Shown here piece by piece: positions 26,760-41,230 of a stretch of DNA of 64,000 nt; the stretch's first letter is position 1; every line of letters starts with the position of its first letter. A model generated the notes under the pieces. It made no database searches and was not told the origin of the DNA. It saw only the letters and a list, made by a program, of their open reading frames with translations. The DNA comes from Eledone cirrhosa. Its lineage: Eukaryota. The position numbers and the translations under genes were made by a program. The stretch covers positions 269,576,001 through 269,640,000 of the forward strand of contig OZ024743.1 of the NCBI GenBank assembly GCA_964016885.1. Direction: 5' to 3'.

Positions 26760-27870
26760 TTCTTCTTCTTCTTCTTCTTCTTCTTCTTCTTCTTCTTCTT
26801 CTTCTTCTTCTTCTTCTTCTTCTTCTTCTTCCACTTATTTATGAGAGTGTCGTGGGTGCAGAGTCCTAAAATACTCCTTCTACTGGGTCCTGTCAAACGC
26901 AGTAGTTTCCAACAGATCTGGTTGGATTCTCAAGCAAGACCAGCCGAGTTCAGGGATGTTATCCAACCATCTCCATTGGGGTCTACCACTGGTTTTGTCC
27001 ATAAAATCTGTCTAAGGAACATTTCCTGAGACATTTAAACCCATAGTATCGGAGCTTTGCTCTCTCAATTCAGAGAAGTAGCTACTCTACTTAGAGAGAC
27101 TCTGATCTCCGAGCTACTCTGATCTTCAGCCACTTATATTCGCGATCGTATTCTTTCGGTCATTACTCAAGATTTATGATCATAGGTAAGGGTTGGCACG
27201 AATACTGAAGTGAAGATAGCGAGATTAGCTTTTACACTTCACCCTTTTTTTTCTGATTACCGACTTCTGAAGCTAGTGCATTACTGCGCCAGCACATTCA
27301 ATTTTTGCACTTAATTCAGCCTCCTGCCTTCCATCACTCGTCAACACAGCCCCGAGATATTTGAACGTCTCTACCTCCTTCAGTGGAACGCCATTCACAT
27401 GTAGCGTGCACTGCAGAAGCTTCCTCGAGAGGTCGATTGTCCCAGTTTTCGCAGTGAGAAATGGGGACAAGAGCGATTGTTCCAATTAAAGAGAGATCTC
27501 CTTGTGAAGCCTCCTCGGTAATGTCTATGCTAAGTGCCTAGCAAAGAGATGTAGGGAGATTGTTGAGTCCAAGCTAGCTCATCAATAGTGTGGTTTTCGC
27601 CCTGGATGCAGCATACACAACAAAATATTGACACTACCGTGGGTGTACTACCAGGAGGTGTATTCTTGCTTTGTAGACCTCGAAAAGACATATGACTGCG
27701 TTCTACGGGACTTGCAGTGGAAGGCTTTGCAGGAATTAGGGATCGATGGTCAGCTTCTTGTTGCCCTTTTGTCTCTATACAAATGCTCGTGTATTTATGT
27801 TCTGATAAATGGTGCTAAATCGAAACCATTCATTGTGGGAATCGGACTCCTCCAATGATGCGTACTGTCA
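26760..27870. mobile_element. RTE-like LINE remnant with (GAA)n tail and inverted 5' segment
   Basis: Minus 27273-27420 gives VNGVPLKEVETFKYLGAVLTSDG (RT C-terminal FKYLG). Plus 27628-27870 gives CFVDLEKTYDCVLRDLQWKAL...GLLQ*CVLS (upstream RT motifs). (TTC)n at 26760-26831 lies at the minus-strand 3' end. Confidence 0.75.
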
Positions 27871-28069
27871 CTTCTTCACATCACAAACGATACACATAAT
27901 AAACATATTCTATTGGAGGGGAGGGGGGAATGGTCGAATATTCTACAACATTCTTGGCTATGCAATGAACTGAAAGTCTGTTGCAAATCGGTGTGAGTAA
28001 TAAGTGGATTGGAGGATGTTAACACTGAATTTCTTTAAGATTTTGGAAGGTGTATATAAAAAATGTAGG

Positions 28070-28200
28070 CAGCAAATTGGCAGAGTCATTAGAAAGTCGG
28101 ATAGAATGCTTTGCAATATTTGCTCCGTCTCTTTGCTTTCTAAGTTCATCTCCCACAGAGGTCAACATTGCCTTTCGTCTATTCAAGGTCGATAAAATAA
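28070..28200 (+). mobile_element. Diverged SINE-A copy
   Basis: aagttcatctcccacagaggtcaacattgcctttc...ggtcgataaaataa. Confidence 0.6.
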
Positions 28201-29691
28201 CTTTCTCTCAGTTTCTATCTTTCTCCGGAAGAAAACTGCTGTATTCTGGCCTTGATAGGAGATAGGCTTCGAAGAGGCTTAAAAATGCCACAGCAATGCC
28301 GTATGTCAATATGGCGCCCTAAAACTCCCTCAAGGTCAAGGGACCATGTATGGCTGCATATACAAAATGAGAAAATCTAAGTGATGCTGCTTTTTGTTTT
28401 ACAATATTTTATTTCACTTTAGGTATTAGTTATTCTTGATGTTTAGGTCCAGCTCATGATCTTCCAGCCGTGTCCATCCCATCTATTTATATGAATACAT
28501 TATGGAACTTCTCCTTTCCTAGATTAACTTTTTCGTTACCACATGTCTAAGTAAAGAAAGTGCCTATGATGTACAAATAATTTTGAAAACAATCGTTATT
28601 AAGCAGATTTTGGAAAATAACTTAAGGTCTTTTTCATAAAATTATGGTCGAATATTTTTAGATAAATATAAACCTTTAAAAACAAATACCTCTGTATCGT
28701 AGAACCACGGTCGGTTTCGTACAGTTTAAGAGAGTGAGGTTTGATTCCTACCAAATTTGACTGTTATTTTCAGCAAACAGGTCGAGGACTTAGAAATTCC
28801 CTCGCTGACATTTTATCTGTAGGTTTTACCGCTTGCCTCATATAATAACTTCCTTTTTTTTTTCTCGGTAAATACGAACTCATTTTTATATCATAGTATT
28901 TTACAATGTTTGTTTTTATATATCCGCGCTTAGTTTATGTAGAAATTTATTGGTTCTGCTTCTGAATACTATATTCTTGATTAAATTAAGGAGATCATTT
29001 TCAAAAGGCTTCAAGGTTATATTTCTCTCACGTGTTCATGCTAGCTCTTTCATCGTTGCCTTCCATCACGTAAGCTTTATCAGATTTTCTCCGTTATTCA
29101 ATGAGTGTTTTTAAATGTAGTTTTCGGGGAGGAACTGGAATATTTTTCCATCGAATACTTCAGTTCTTCGGTATTTTTTCTTTTGGCACTTTTCTTTGGC
29201 ACTTTTTTCTGGTACTTCCTTTTTTTTATTTTTTTTGGCATTCAATATTTTAGTGTGGTATTTGTGTATCTTGCCAGTGCTCAACTGCCTAGGAATGGTA
29301 GCTTATAGATTTCACTATATTTTTGTTTTATCGTATAAAAACATAAAAGCATTCAATACACCCTTGTATTAAAACATTTTTCGAAACTCAAATAAGAATC
29401 ACCTTTATATCAGCATACAATTCCCCATTCCTGATAATTTCCATCCCCGCCTTTTATTTATTTATTTATTTATTTTTTATTAAAGCCGCAAGAAGAGAGG
29501 TGTGGATGGATATAAAACAGATATGAGCTCACCATTTTGAACATAAATCACAGAGCCTTCTCTCACCCTCTCTCTTTCTCCCTCCTTTTCACTCACACTC
29601 TCTCTCCACAAACACAACGGACAAAAAGAGAACTATACAAGTTTCACCAATCGTTATAAGCTTATTATGCGTGTTTACTTCACCCGATACA

Positions 29692-29803
<112 letters not shown>

Positions 29804-30599
29804 ATAAAGGTGGATATGAACGAATATACGATATGTTTATGTGTAACAAAACATAGTAGAGACTCGCTATGAATATTTAAACTTGTTATCATGTCCAAGA
29901 TATCTCAGTATGCGGTGAGAATGTCAGCTACGTGGTTGTAACATAGTAATCCGGGTATTTTGTGTCACGCTTTCTTTGGTATTAGCTTTGTGTACCTTCT
30001 GCTTATGGGATATCATTGCTATTTATTACAAGTATTGTTTTTGTTATATCTACTGTCACCTGTTGACTTTCCCCTTCCCTATATCCGATATAAACCGTAC
30101 TTTGTGTTGTATTTCGTCCATGTATTGTTTTATTAGTATGCTTTTCTTAGACAGGAAGAAAAGAAACTGGGGAAGAGCACTTTCAATGCCTTGCTGATAA
30201 AGCGTAATCCGGGTACTTTGTGTAGAGTTTTTGCCCCGAATTACCCTTGATGGTCTTTCCCACAATTGGGGAATTTTGTTGTTGGAAATTTATTGTTACA
30301 TGTATTGTTTTTGTTGATTTTGAACATTTTTACTCGTTGTAAACCCCACCTTGTGTTGTAATTCGTCTTCGTATTGTATGTACCGAACGTCTTCAACAAT
30401 TGTGACTAACAAATGAAATGATTATAGAAACATATCTCAGTACTTCTGATGGGATCGAGTCTTTCTGGTTTACTGACCACCACCGAATATGGAGCCATTA
30501 GAGCACACAGCACTCACCACCTGTTGCTCATGCTCCTTCTTCTCCAGGTACGTGGATAATATCCTTATACTCATTTACTCACGTGAAGAATAACATGCT

Positions 30600-31345
30600 T
30601 CGCCGTATATAGTTACGTCCTTTTACATTTTGAGTTCAAATCTCACCCAGGTTACCTTTGCTCTTCACCTTTTCTCTTCAACTTTATGGGGTAGATAAAA
30701 TAAAGTACCAGTAGCGTACAAGAGTCGATTAATCGATTTTCCCCTCCTCCAAATTGTAACCAAATTAGAAACCGTTATTATTAGATATGATGAATTTTCA
30801 TTATAGTCATAATCATTAGTTATTTTCTTAGATTTTGTAATCACAACGAACACCATGGCGGGCTCTGCGCGTTTGAATTGACTGAAATTGAAACAGCAGC
30901 CAAAACTTCCCTCTCAAAACCATCTTAGATAATACTAAGATAGCTAATAATTGTTTCTACGTTTGGCACAAGGCCAGCACTTTACTCCAGTGTATTTCTG
31001 GTACTTTATTTTATCGACTCCGTAATGATGAAAGGCAAAGTTAACCTCTAATGATTTCTTTTGGGTCAAGTATGAAATTTGTAGAAATTTCTTTTTAATT
31101 CTACAAATTTCTACAAATTTCATATTTCACAAATTTCATACATTAGGCACAAAGCCAGTAATTTTTGGGAGGGGAAGTCAATCAAGTCGACCCCAGTGTG
31201 TTACTGGTATTTCAATTTATCGACCCCGTAAGGACCAATGGCAAAGCTAACATCGGCGGGATTTGAACTCAGAATGTAAAGGGCCATAACGCTATGCTGC
31301 AAAGCTTGGCGTCTGACACTACCGAATCTGCCAATCCACCGATAG
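30600..31345. mobile_element. Three SINE-A copies (30600-30780 +, 30950-31050 -, 31143-31345 -)
   Basis: Consensus core and tail motifs. Confidence 0.75.
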
Positions 31346-31799
31346 CTAATAAAACATTGGATTATATAGTACTAGGCATCTTAAAAAAACAGGATGGTCA
31401 TAGCTGGAATGTCGTTGATTATAATGTCAGCTCGATTAAGGTTGACAATACCAACAACAACAATAACGATAGAAACAATATCAATGATGTCGACCGCTAA
31501 ACAACATCCCCTTCCTATTTTGACTATTTTAATTACTACTGAAAAGAGTGTCACCACCACCACTATCACCACCACCACTACCACTACCTCCACCACCACT
31601 GCCATTATCACCACCTCTAGCATCACCATCACCACCCACTATCAGAACCACCACCACCATCACCACCATTATCAACACCTCTAACATCACCGCACACTAT
31701 TACAACCACCACAACCACCATCACCATCAAACACAACTACCTCTACCATCACTACCACCGCCATTACCACCAGCACCACCACCACCACCATTATCAACA

Positions 31800-31868
<69 letters not shown>

Positions 31869-32015
31869 ATGTAACCCGTCGTTGTAATGTCCCCGTCATC
31901 CGGTACACTTCTGACACATATATGAAACCATGACTATCATGATGATCATGATCATCATATCATCATCATCATCATCATCATTTCATCATATCATCATCAT
32001 CATCATCATCATCAT

Positions 32016-32059
<44 letters not shown>

Positions 32060-32174
32060 GAGTATTTTTCTTCTCATTTCTATGTAAACCCTCGCTCACC
32101 TTTGTGTAACATCTCTTTGTAATACCTTCTTCATCCGATGCCCTTGTGTCAAATATAATGAAATCATTAGCATG

Positions 32175-32945
32175 TGATCGATAAAATAATGTACCAGTAA
32201 TACGTTAATTGATTTCCCCCCCCCCCAACCCCCCAAAATAATTGTTGGCTTTGTGCCTAAGGTCAGAAACCATCATTACTATTGATATGATACTATTAGG
32301 GGTAGTGGATTGGCAGTATCGGTAGAGGATAGGACGCCATGATTTGTGGCATAGAGTTACGGCCCTTTATGGTCTGAGTGCAAATCCCGCCGAGATTAAC
32401 TTTGCCTTTCATCCTTACGGGGTCGATAAAATAAAGTACCAGTAATACGCTGAGATAATTGCTGGCCTTGTGCCAAAAGAAGAGATAATTATTACTATTG
32501 ATATATTATTTGGATTGGCAGAATCAGTAGAGCGTCAGACTAAATGCTTCGTGGCATAGAGTTACGCCCCTTTATTGTCTGAGTTCAAATCCTGTCGAGG
32601 TTAGCTTTGCCGTTCATCCTTACGGCGTCGATAAAATGAAGTACCAGTAATGTACTGGAGTCCATTTAATCGCCCTTCAACTTACGACTCTTGCCTAAAG
32701 TAGAAACAATTACTACTATAAAAGACAGTGGATTGACACAATCGGTAGAGCATCGGACAACATGTTGTACGGTCTTTAGTTACGTTCCTTCACGGTCTGA
32801 TTTCAAATCCCGCCCAGATTAACTTAACTTTCAGCCTTACAACGTCGCCTAAATAAAGTACCTGTAATACATTGGGGTCGATTTAATCAACTTTCCTCTT
32901 TCCTTGAAATCGCTGGACCTGCGCTCTTAAAGTAGAAACAATTAT
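32175..32945 (+). mobile_element. Tandem array of about 4 SINE-A copies
   Basis: Starts at ~32175 (3' part only), 32303, 32511 and 32728. Confidence 0.85.
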
Positions 32946-33273
32946 TGTTTTAATTATCGCAATTATTATTGTTGTTATTGTTATTTTTGTTGTAATTATT
33001 GTTGTCTTTGGTATTGCTGTTGTTGTTGTTGCTGTTGTTGTTGTTACTATTGTTAGTTTCTCCTTATGATTTCAAGGGGTAGTCAGGCGGGCGTAGGGGT
33101 GGGGCTAGATGCATGGGGTCTAAGTGGCGGCGGCGGCGGCGGGGATGGTGGTGGTGTCTTCAGGACATGTCTGTTTGATGCGAGAACTTCTTGGGTTGAG
33201 TCATGCTGTTTAATAGTTATCTACATATAGCTGATTCATAGGGGTATTGTTGTACCCTGGAATGTAACCTGGA

Positions 33274-33274
<1 letters not shown>

Positions 33275-33321
<47 letters not shown>

Positions 33322-35420
33322 TGTGTGTGTTTGTAAGTGTGTAATTATGTGCTTGTGGGAGTATGTGTGTGAACGTGTGTATTTGTGTAATTGTATGTGT
33401 TTGTGTATATGTGTGTGTATGTGTGTGTGTGCATATGTGTATTTATGTGTTTGTGGGAGTATGTGTGTGAACGTGTATGTATTTGTGTAAATGTGTGTGT
33501 ATGTGTGTGTGTGTGCGTGTGTGCGTGTGTGCGTGTGTGTGTGTGTAAGTGTGTAATTATGTGCTTGTGGGAGTATATGTGTGAACGTGTGTGTATTTGT
33601 CTAAATGTGAATGTATGTGTGTGTGAACGTGTATGTATTTGTGTAAATCTGTGTGTAAGTATGTGTGTGTGTGTGTGTGTGTATGTAAGTGTGTAATTAT
33701 GTGCTTGTGGGAGTATGTGTGTGAACGTGTGTATTTGTGTAAATGTGTGTGTATGTGTGTGTGTGTGTGTGTGCGTGTGGGTGTGTGTGTAAGTGTGTAA
33801 TTATGTGCTTGTGGGAGTATCTGTGTGAAGGTGTGTGTATGTGTAAATGTATGTATGTATGTGTGTATGTGTGTGTACATGTGTATTTATGTGCTTGTGG
33901 GAGGAGTATGTGTGTGAACGTGTGTATTTGTGTAATTGTATGTGTTTGTGTATATGTGTGTGTATGTGTGTGTGTGCATATGTGTATTTATGTGCTTGTG
34001 GGAGTATGTGTGTGAACGTGTATGTATTTGTGTAAATGTGTGTGTATGTGTGTGTGTGTGCGTGTGTGCGTGTGTGTGTGTATGTAAGTGTGTATTTATG
34101 TGCTTGTGGGAGTATGTGTGTGAACGTGTGTGTATTTGTCTAGATGTGAATGTATGTGTGTATGTGTGTGTACATGTGTATTTATGTGCTTGTGGGAGGA
34201 GTATGTGTGTGTATGTGAGTATGTGTGTGTACATGTGTATTTATGTGCTTGTGGGAGTATGTGTGTTAACGTGTGTGTATTTGTGTAAATGTGTGTGTAT
34301 GTGTGTGTGTGTGTGTGTGCGTGTGTGTGTGTGTAAGTGTGTAATGATGTGCTTGTGGGAGTATGTGTGTGAACGTGTGTGTATGTGTAAATGTATGTAT
34401 GTATGTATGTGTGTGTGTGCATATGTGTATTTATGTGCTTGTGGGAGTATGTGTGTGAACGTGTGTGTATGTGTAAATGTGAATGTATGTGTGTGTACAT
34501 GTGTATTTATGTGCTTGTGGGAGTATGTGTGTGAACGTGTATGTATTTGTGTAAATGTGTGTGTAAGTATGTGTGTGTGTGTGTGTGTGTGTGTATGTAA
34601 GTGTGTAATTATGTGCTTGTGGGAGTATGTGTGTGAACGTGTGTATTTGTGTAAATGTGTGTGTGTATGTGTGTGTGCGTGTGTTCGTGTGGGTGTGTGT
34701 GTAAGTGTGTAATTATGTGCTTGTGGGAGTATCTGTGTGAACGTGTGTGTATGTGTAAATGTATGTATGTATGTGTGTATGTGTGTATACATGTGTATTT
34801 ATGTGCTTGTGGGAGTATGTGTGTTAACGTGTATGTATTTGTGTAAATGTGTGTGTAAGTATGTGTGTGTGTGTGTGTGTGTGTGTATGTAAGTGTGTAA
34901 TTATGTGCTTGTGGGAGTATGTTGAACGTGTGTATTTGTGTAATTGTATGTGTGTATATGTGCGTGTATGTGTGTGTAAGTGTGTAATTATGTGCCTGTG
35001 GGAGTATGTGTGTGAACGTGTGTGTATGTGTAAATGTATGTATGTATGTGTGTATGTGTGTGTACATGTGTATTTATGTGCTTGTGGGAGTATGTGTGTG
35101 AATAAGTGTGTGTGTGTGTGTATGTAAGTGTGTAAATGTGTGTGTATGTGTGTGTGTGTGTGTGTGTGTGTAATTATGTAATTATGTGTTTGTGGATGTG
35201 TGCGTGTGTATTTGTGTAAATGTGTGTGTATATGTGTGTGTATGTGTGTGTGCATATGTGTATTTATGTGCTTGTGGGAGTATGTGTGTGAACATGTGTG
35301 TATTTGGGTAAATGTGTGTGTATGTGTGTCTGTGTGTGTGTGTGTGTGTAAATGAATAATTATGTGGTTGTGGATGTGTGCGTGTGTGTATTTCTGTGTT
35401 TGTGGAAGTATGCGTGTGCG
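33275..35420. repeat. GT-rich minisatellite anchored by atgtgcttgtgggagtatgtgtgtgaacgtg
   Basis: About 25 anchor copies with variable (GT)n spacers. Confidence 0.9.
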
Positions 35421-35916
35421 TGTGTGTATCTGTATGTGTGTGTGTGTGTGCCTATACATGTGTGCATTTAGGTGTTTGTGGGTGTGTGCGCGTGTACTTG
35501 AGTGTATCTGTGTATATGTGTGTGAGTGTACGTGTGTGCATTTATGTGTTTGTGTGTGTGTTTGAATGTGCGCATGTATCTGTGTTTGCAAGTGTTTCTG
35601 TGTGTTTGTATGTGTGTGTACGTGGGTGTACTATATATATGTGAGTGCGTGTATTTGTGTTTGTATGTCTCTTTCTCTCCCCCTCTCTCTCTCCTCTCTC
35701 TCTCGCTCTTTCTCTCACTCTCTCCCCCTCTCTCCCTCTCGCCCTCTCCCCCTCTCTCTCTTTATATTCCCCTTCCCCCCTCTCCCCCATCCCCCCTCTC
35801 TCTTTCTGTATGTGTGTATGGCAGGTTTTGTTGTACCCAGGAATGTATGATGTATGCATGTGAATTTATTCGAGGGTTCATATTTATAAGTGCATGTTTA
35901 TTTATGCCCCCCCCCC

Positions 35917-35997
<81 letters not shown>

Positions 35998-36290
35998 TCT
36001 CCCCCCTCTCTCTCTCTATGTCGCTTTCTTTCTCTCCCTCCTCTCCCTCTTTCTCCCTCTATGTGTGTACAAGAGATTGTTCTACCTTTAAATGTGCCAT
36101 CTATGTATATGTGCTATGTAGGTAATGTGTGTGTATGTGTGAGTATGTGTGCGTTGTGCATATGTGTGTATCTATATTTCTATATGTGTAAATGGATGTG
36201 TATCTATGTTTCTGGCTATCTAACCCCTCCCCCTCTCTATCTCTCTATCTCTAAGGGTTTGTTGTTGCCCATATGGTGCATCTGTGCGTA

Positions 36291-36336
<46 letters not shown>

Positions 36337-36349
36337 CGAGGTGAACATG

Positions 36350-36750
36350 TGTGCATTTATGTATGTGTGTGTGTATGTGTCTATTTATGTATGTATGTAT
36401 GTGTGTGTATTATGTATAAGAGAACGCATGTGTATCTTTGTGCTATGTGTGTATGTATGTATGTGTGTGTATGTGTGTATTTATGTATCTATGTATCTGT
36501 GTGTATTATGTATAAGAGAACGTATGTGTATCTTTGAGCTAAGTGTGTATGTATGTGTGTGTATGTGTGTATTTATGTATCTATGTATGTGTGTGTATTA
36601 TGTATAAGAAAACGCATGTGTATCTTTGAGCTATGTGTGTATGTATGTGTGTGTATGTGTGTATTTATGTATCTATGTATGTGTGTGTATTATGTATAAG
36701 AAAACGCATGTGTATCTTTGAGCTATGTGTGTATGTATGTGTGTGTATGA
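36350..36750. repeat. ~92-98-bp tandem repeat (tattatgtataagagaacgcatgtgtatctttg)
   Basis: Four copies at ~36408, 36504, 36596 and 36688. Confidence 0.85.
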
Positions 36751-37366
36751 GTGTGTTACTCCGAGAGAATGTGGCTGTATGGAGTTATGTGCAACTGAGT
36801 GTATGTTTATATATTGGATACATGTGTATCTCGCTGTGGGTATATGTGTGGGTATTTTGTTGCATATTGTGTGTATATATAATTATATGTCTATGTGTGA
36901 GTATGTATCGTATATATGTGTATCCAGCTGTTTCAATATGCATGTGTATGTGCGAAAGTGTGTCTGTATGCGTGGCTATATTTGTAGATGTGTAGGGCGA
37001 ACATGTGGTGTAAGTAATTGCATGCATATGTATTGTGGTGCATATGTGTGTAAATGTTATGTGTGTGTATGTGTGTGTGCGTGTGTGTGAGCATGTGTGT
37101 GTGTGTGTGTGTACGTGTGAGCATGTGTGTGTGTGTACGTGTGCAATTTCATGTGTGTATGATTCATAATAACTTTGTATGACTAGATTATGTGGTGTGG
37201 GTATGCGTGTGCGTATGTGAGGCGCGTGTCCGTGTGTGTGTGTGTGTTTATGTGTATGATTGTGTGCGTGATTGCGTACGTGTCTGTCTCTGTGTATGTT
37301 TGTAAGTATATGTTTGTGTGCATGAGTGTACGTGTACGTATGTGTGTGCTTGTAAGTGTATATATT

Positions 37367-37431
<65 letters not shown>

Positions 37432-38374
37432 AAGTATATATTTATGTGTTTGTGTGCAAGTATATATTTATGTGTGTGTGTGCTAGTATATATTTATGTG
37501 TGTGTGAGCAAGTATATATTTATGTGTGTGTGTATATGTGTGGTTCAAAATATTGACATACGACGAAAGGTGATGAGAGTGGTTTTAAGTGTAAACCTCG
37601 TTCTATGCTGGTGCACCTAGATGCACATGTGTATAGCTCTATGCTGGTGCACCTAGATGCACATGTGGAAACGGGGGTGTATTTTAATATGTACCTATGA
37701 ACGCATGCGTGTGAATTTTAGTTTGAGAATGGTTCAGCGTATGTGTGTGTGTGTGCGTGTGCGTATCTGTGTGTGTGTGTATATGTGTGTGTGTATATAT
37801 ATGTGTGTATGTGTGTGTCTGTGCGTGTGTCTGTGTGTGTAAATACACATACAATAAAATGTGATGGTTAGATGTAGTTATTCATAATTTATTTTATTCA
37901 TAATACGCTGTAATAGTATTACTATAATGTAAATAATTAATGCTGCCATTATGCAACCACCAACACGGCATCGTCAGATAGGATCAGAAGTAATGAAGTT
38001 GTTATGTAATAATTTCAGTGCAATACAGGCCACTGATTAGGTGGCGGATTTATATTCGCTGTTGCTCTCACAAGAGCCTGTCCCGTTATTAGATATATAT
38101 CTATGGTCAGTTGTTGGGTAATATATTACTTCAGTTGCCATCAGTTTAAGCATAAAATGTTATTACGTGGAACAGAGATGAACTCATTTTCATTCTGATC
38201 TTCTAAGCGTCTGATGAGAAAATCGACACTAGATTCCAGGTCGATCGTAGTTGATTAATCCCACGAGCTGATTATTTGCGAAACACGTATAATACATATA
38301 TGCGAATATGTTAAACTGAAACTTCATTCACTCTTATACACACACACACATACACACACACACACACACGCACA

Positions 38375-39060
<686 letters not shown>

Positions 39061-39108
39061 TATACAATGATATTAAATAAATGGAAACTATATTTATAAA
39101 ATCATATT

Positions 39109-39170
39109 TATTCTATTATATATATTTCAAGGGTACCAAAGATTTTGGTACGCTATCATCAGGTAAAATA
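39109..39170 (-). ncRNA. Type I hammerhead ribozyme in the 3' pLTR of the Penelope element
   Basis: tattttac-CTGATGA-tagcgtaccaaa/tttggtaccctt-GAAA-tatat-ATA-atagaata; first helix I pair is a C-A mismatch. Confidence 0.65.
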
Positions 39171-40498
39171 CAAAATGTTTTATAAATATTTGACATAACC
39201 AAGGATAATATACCTTAACGGTTCAAGTTATCCCTGGAAAGTGAAGAGAAGAGAGAAGAAAAGTCAGATATTTAAAATTATTAATATGAGTATGCAAATG
39301 ATGTGTATATTAAAGGGCCGAAAAAACGTTATTTTAGACGCTATGGAAAATTTAAATATTTATGATAAGGAAAGAAAGAGAAAGAGAAAAGAATAACGTT
39401 AATTTGGGGGAAAAAGATTTTTGTTACCTATATTATGAGTTATAAATTATATGAAGAATTATGGTTGTAAGTATTTTTATCTTATTACATTAGGATAGGT
39501 TATATGTATATAAATATCTCTCTGTATATTAATAAGTTGCGTATGCATTGATTGTTTATATAAAGATATATGAGTTACGAAGGATGTTGAAAATGTTATT
39601 TTCAAGTTGTGAGATTAGAATAATTTTCAACATTGAGAATGTTTTCAGAATATTGTTAATTTAACGAAGCTATATAAATTATCAAACTAAAATTGTTAAA
39701 GAAAAAGGAAAAGGAAAACCACTTGAACGTTAATATAGGGAAAATATATTCAGACATTTGTCTATATTTATATGGAGAATTATTTATCTTATAATAATAT
39801 ATAAATATCTATATATATATTTTAATAATAGCATATGTGTTTTTTATTAAAAGGATAGTTTGTTTATACGAGGGATGTTGATTTATAAATAAATAAATAA
39901 AATAAATAGGTGATTATTCATAATATATGTTACTAGGATGTTGATTTTATGTAAATAAATAGGTAGTTACAATTTATAAGGTTAAATTAACGGAGTTATG
40001 TATAGAAAGTTTTTATGATTGAAAGAAGGAAAGATAACTCCAATTTTTTTATTAATCGATAGAGTGGGATTAATTATTTATTCTAAAGAAATATGAATAT
40101 TTAAACATCATCCTGAATAGGATACATTTTACTAAAAACAGTTAATGGTTATTAATCTACATTTAAAAATTAGCTTTAGAGGGTGTCATTAGAAAAATAT
40201 AGCTTTAGAAGGTGTGATTAGAAAAAGAAAAAATTAAGAAAAAAGAATTTAAGAATTTAAAAGAATTAAAAGAATTAAAATTAAGATTAAAATTAAAATT
40301 AGAATTAAATAGAAGTACATAATGTAGAAGTGCATAAATATATATAAATATCTATACATACACACGTATATATATATATTATAAGACATTTTAAAGATAT
40401 TATGATTTAGAGATATTAATATATTAAAAGTATTAGAAATATAAAATGTTAGAGCAGATAAAATCATTTTGGAGATTAATAGGAATATTATAAGTATA

Positions 40499-41230
40499 TT
40501 ACAAGTTACATATAGTTCTGAATGTAGAATTTTGGCGATGTCTGCAACAACTAAATATTTCTGTTCTAAGGTTAATAGAGTTTTTACAATTAATTATATA
40601 AAACATTTCTTCAATACATAATTTACAGAATCTTGATAAGGTCGTGTTTCGGTAAGCAGGTGCTTTCGAAATCGTTTTACAAGATAATGAATAGTCTATA
40701 TTCCTGCTTTTTAAGTTCCATATAATATGTGAGAGGGTAGTAGAATATATTGTGTCAGATCTTCTAAAAGAACAATTGTGGTTATTCCAGCGAAATTTAA
40801 ATTCTGTAGAAGTGGCACCGACATAGTTGAATATATTATCACTAGTTTTAACTGTACATTTATAAACTATGTTTTTATCTAAACACTTATTTTGTAAAGG
40901 ACAGTTTGATTTGATTCTACAGTTACATTTTACGGAGTTGTTGTTGTTCAGAACGGTACTATTATACTGGATATTGCTAGAAATATTATTATTACTATTA
41001 TGGTTATTTTGGTTAGGGTTTAAATTTCTATTATTAATTCTATTTATATTTTGTGCTATGTTCATAGTAGTAGAGTAGGATAGTTTTATAGTATGTCTGT
41101 TAAAGATTGAGTGGTCTCTGTGGTTTTTAGGAAAACATTTGTCTAGTGCTTTAAAGAATAGCTTTGCTAAAGGTGTTTTAACGCTTAATGAGAATGGCGG
41201 TGAGTACCAAATAATATTTCTAGTTCTAGT
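40499..41230 (-). pseudogene. Penelope GIY-YIG endonuclease domain with Cys-rich linker
   Basis: KCNCRIKSNCPLQNKC..NIVYKCTV..NYVGATSTEFKFRWNNH..CKLCIEE..N.RTEIFSCCRH. Confidence 0.9.
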
